Part shown: positions 62,791 to 64,000 of the stretch, piece after piece
Layout: each line of letters starts with the position of its first letter
How positions within the stretch are numbered: the stretch's first letter is position 1
NCBI GenBank assembly: GCA_964016885.1
Contig: OZ024740.1
Coordinates: 291,400,001 to 291,464,000 of the forward strand
DNA length: 64,000 nucleotides
Source of the DNA: Eledone cirrhosa
Lineage: Eukaryota
Direction of reading: 5' to 3'
Program-made: the position numbers and the translations under genes
Notes under the pieces: generated by a model
Database searches by the model: none
Seen by the model: only the letters and a program-made list of their open reading frames with translations
What the model was told of the DNA's origin: nothing

Positions 62791-63639
62791 ACAAAACTCT
62801 GATTCCGTCAGGGAAATGGCCATGTTCGATATGCAGAAAAGGAACTGGCATAAATTCTATAAAATGCACACAATGCAGATCCTGGGTACACAAGAGATGT
62901 AGCGGGATAGCAGGCAAACTAACAGGTAGGGAGAAATATGTGTGCAGTAGATGTACAGGGAAATTAGACAGTAGAAGTCGCATTGATAGACACATTTTTC
63001 AAATGCAGGAGGGCGCTATAGAAGTGGTGGATAGCTTCCGGTACCTAGGAGATCAGATTAGCATGGGAGGAGGGTGTTCCGAGGCCATAGTATCTAGAAT
63101 AAAGACGGGTTGGAAGAAGTTTAAGGAGCTGCTTCTTCTGTTAACGAAGAAGGGTTTCTCCCTGCGTACGAAAGGCCGGTTGTATGATGCCTGTGTGAGG
63201 AGCGCGATGCTGCATGGTAGTGAGACATGGGCAGCAACTGCAGAGGATATGCGACGGCTGGAGAGAAATGAGGCAAGCATGCTCCGTTGGATGTGCGTGA
63301 ACAACCCAGCATAAATGTGTTGAGAGAGAAACTGTGTCTGAGAGGGATAGAATGTAGTGTATGGAAGAGGAGACTGAGGTGGTATGGACATGTGATGCGC
63401 ATGGAGGATGACCGATGGGTGAAGAAGTGCCAGGAAATGCCAGGTGAAGGAAGACGTGGTAGAGGTAGACCACGAAAAACATGAGTGGAGGTGGTGAGAA
63501 CAGATCTCAGATCATTGAAGCTCACGGTGGAGATGATGAAGGACCGTGACAAGTGGAGAGATGCTGTGCTGAATAAGACCCGTCCCACCCTTGCAAGCAG
63601 GGAAAAGCAGATGTAAAATGATGATGATGATGATGATGA
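62791..63639 (+). mobile_element. 5'-truncated RTE LINE (PHD-bearing subfamily 2), intronic sense
   Basis: Nearly identical to the reverse complement of 49531-50385, with a 13-nt deletion near 63295 and a (GAT)n tail. Confidence 0.93.
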
Positions 63640-63689
63640 AGCCAAGAAATATGTGATAAAAAAGTGGATGGTAAAATAGAGATCGACTT

Positions 63690-63872
63690 ATGAATTGGCA
63701 GTATCAGTACAGTGTCAGACACCTTGCTTTGCAGCATAGTTATGGCCCTTTGCATTCTGAGTTTAAATCCCACTGAGGTTAACTTTGCATTTCACCCTTA
63801 TAAGGTTGATAGAATAAAGCACGAGCAATGCACTGGGGGTAATTGCTGGCCGTGTGCCAAAAGTAGAAACAA
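63690..63872 (+). mobile_element. SINE family A copy
   Basis: TGAATTGGCAGTATCAGTA...TTCTGAGTTTAAATCCCACTGAGGTTAAC...GTGCCAAAAGTAGAAAC. Confidence 0.78.
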
Positions 63873-64000
63873 TATTTGAGCTCAATATTTTACCAATTTT
63901 CACCAATTTCAAATTCTAAGGAAATAAGATGCTAAAATATCTGGAGTAGTTATTTTACAGTGAAATACTGTTATTCTTAATTTACTACATTGTCATGAGT

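Overview
AT-rich, repeat-dense animal DNA. The SINE/LINE repertoire suggests a cephalopod such as Octopus (inference, not proven). 1-4.1 kb is a frameshifted L1/Tx1-clade LINE. 4-19 kb holds decayed CRE, CR1, RTE, SINE and MITE remnants plus a candidate promoter near 10.3 kb. 19.05-41.3 kb is a 46-bp satellite (about 380 units) with higher-order duplications, two fold-back inversions, a Tx1 fragment and a near-full-length RTE LINE. From 47.05 kb to past the window end lies a + strand F-box/leucine-rich-repeat gene; I reconstructed 8 phase-consistent exons, with an N-terminus of about 880 aa carrying a zinc ribbon. Most notable: (1) a C4-H-C3 PHD finger inserted into the RT C-terminal region of several RTE copies; (2) two near-identical RTE copies in inverted orientation bracketing seven exons totalling 2010 nt, which would form a stop-free circRNA; (3) a 39-nt GTAAGT..CAG intron-like spacer whose removal fuses Tx1 ORF1 to ORF2 in frame. 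Repeat boundaries were read by eye and are approximate.
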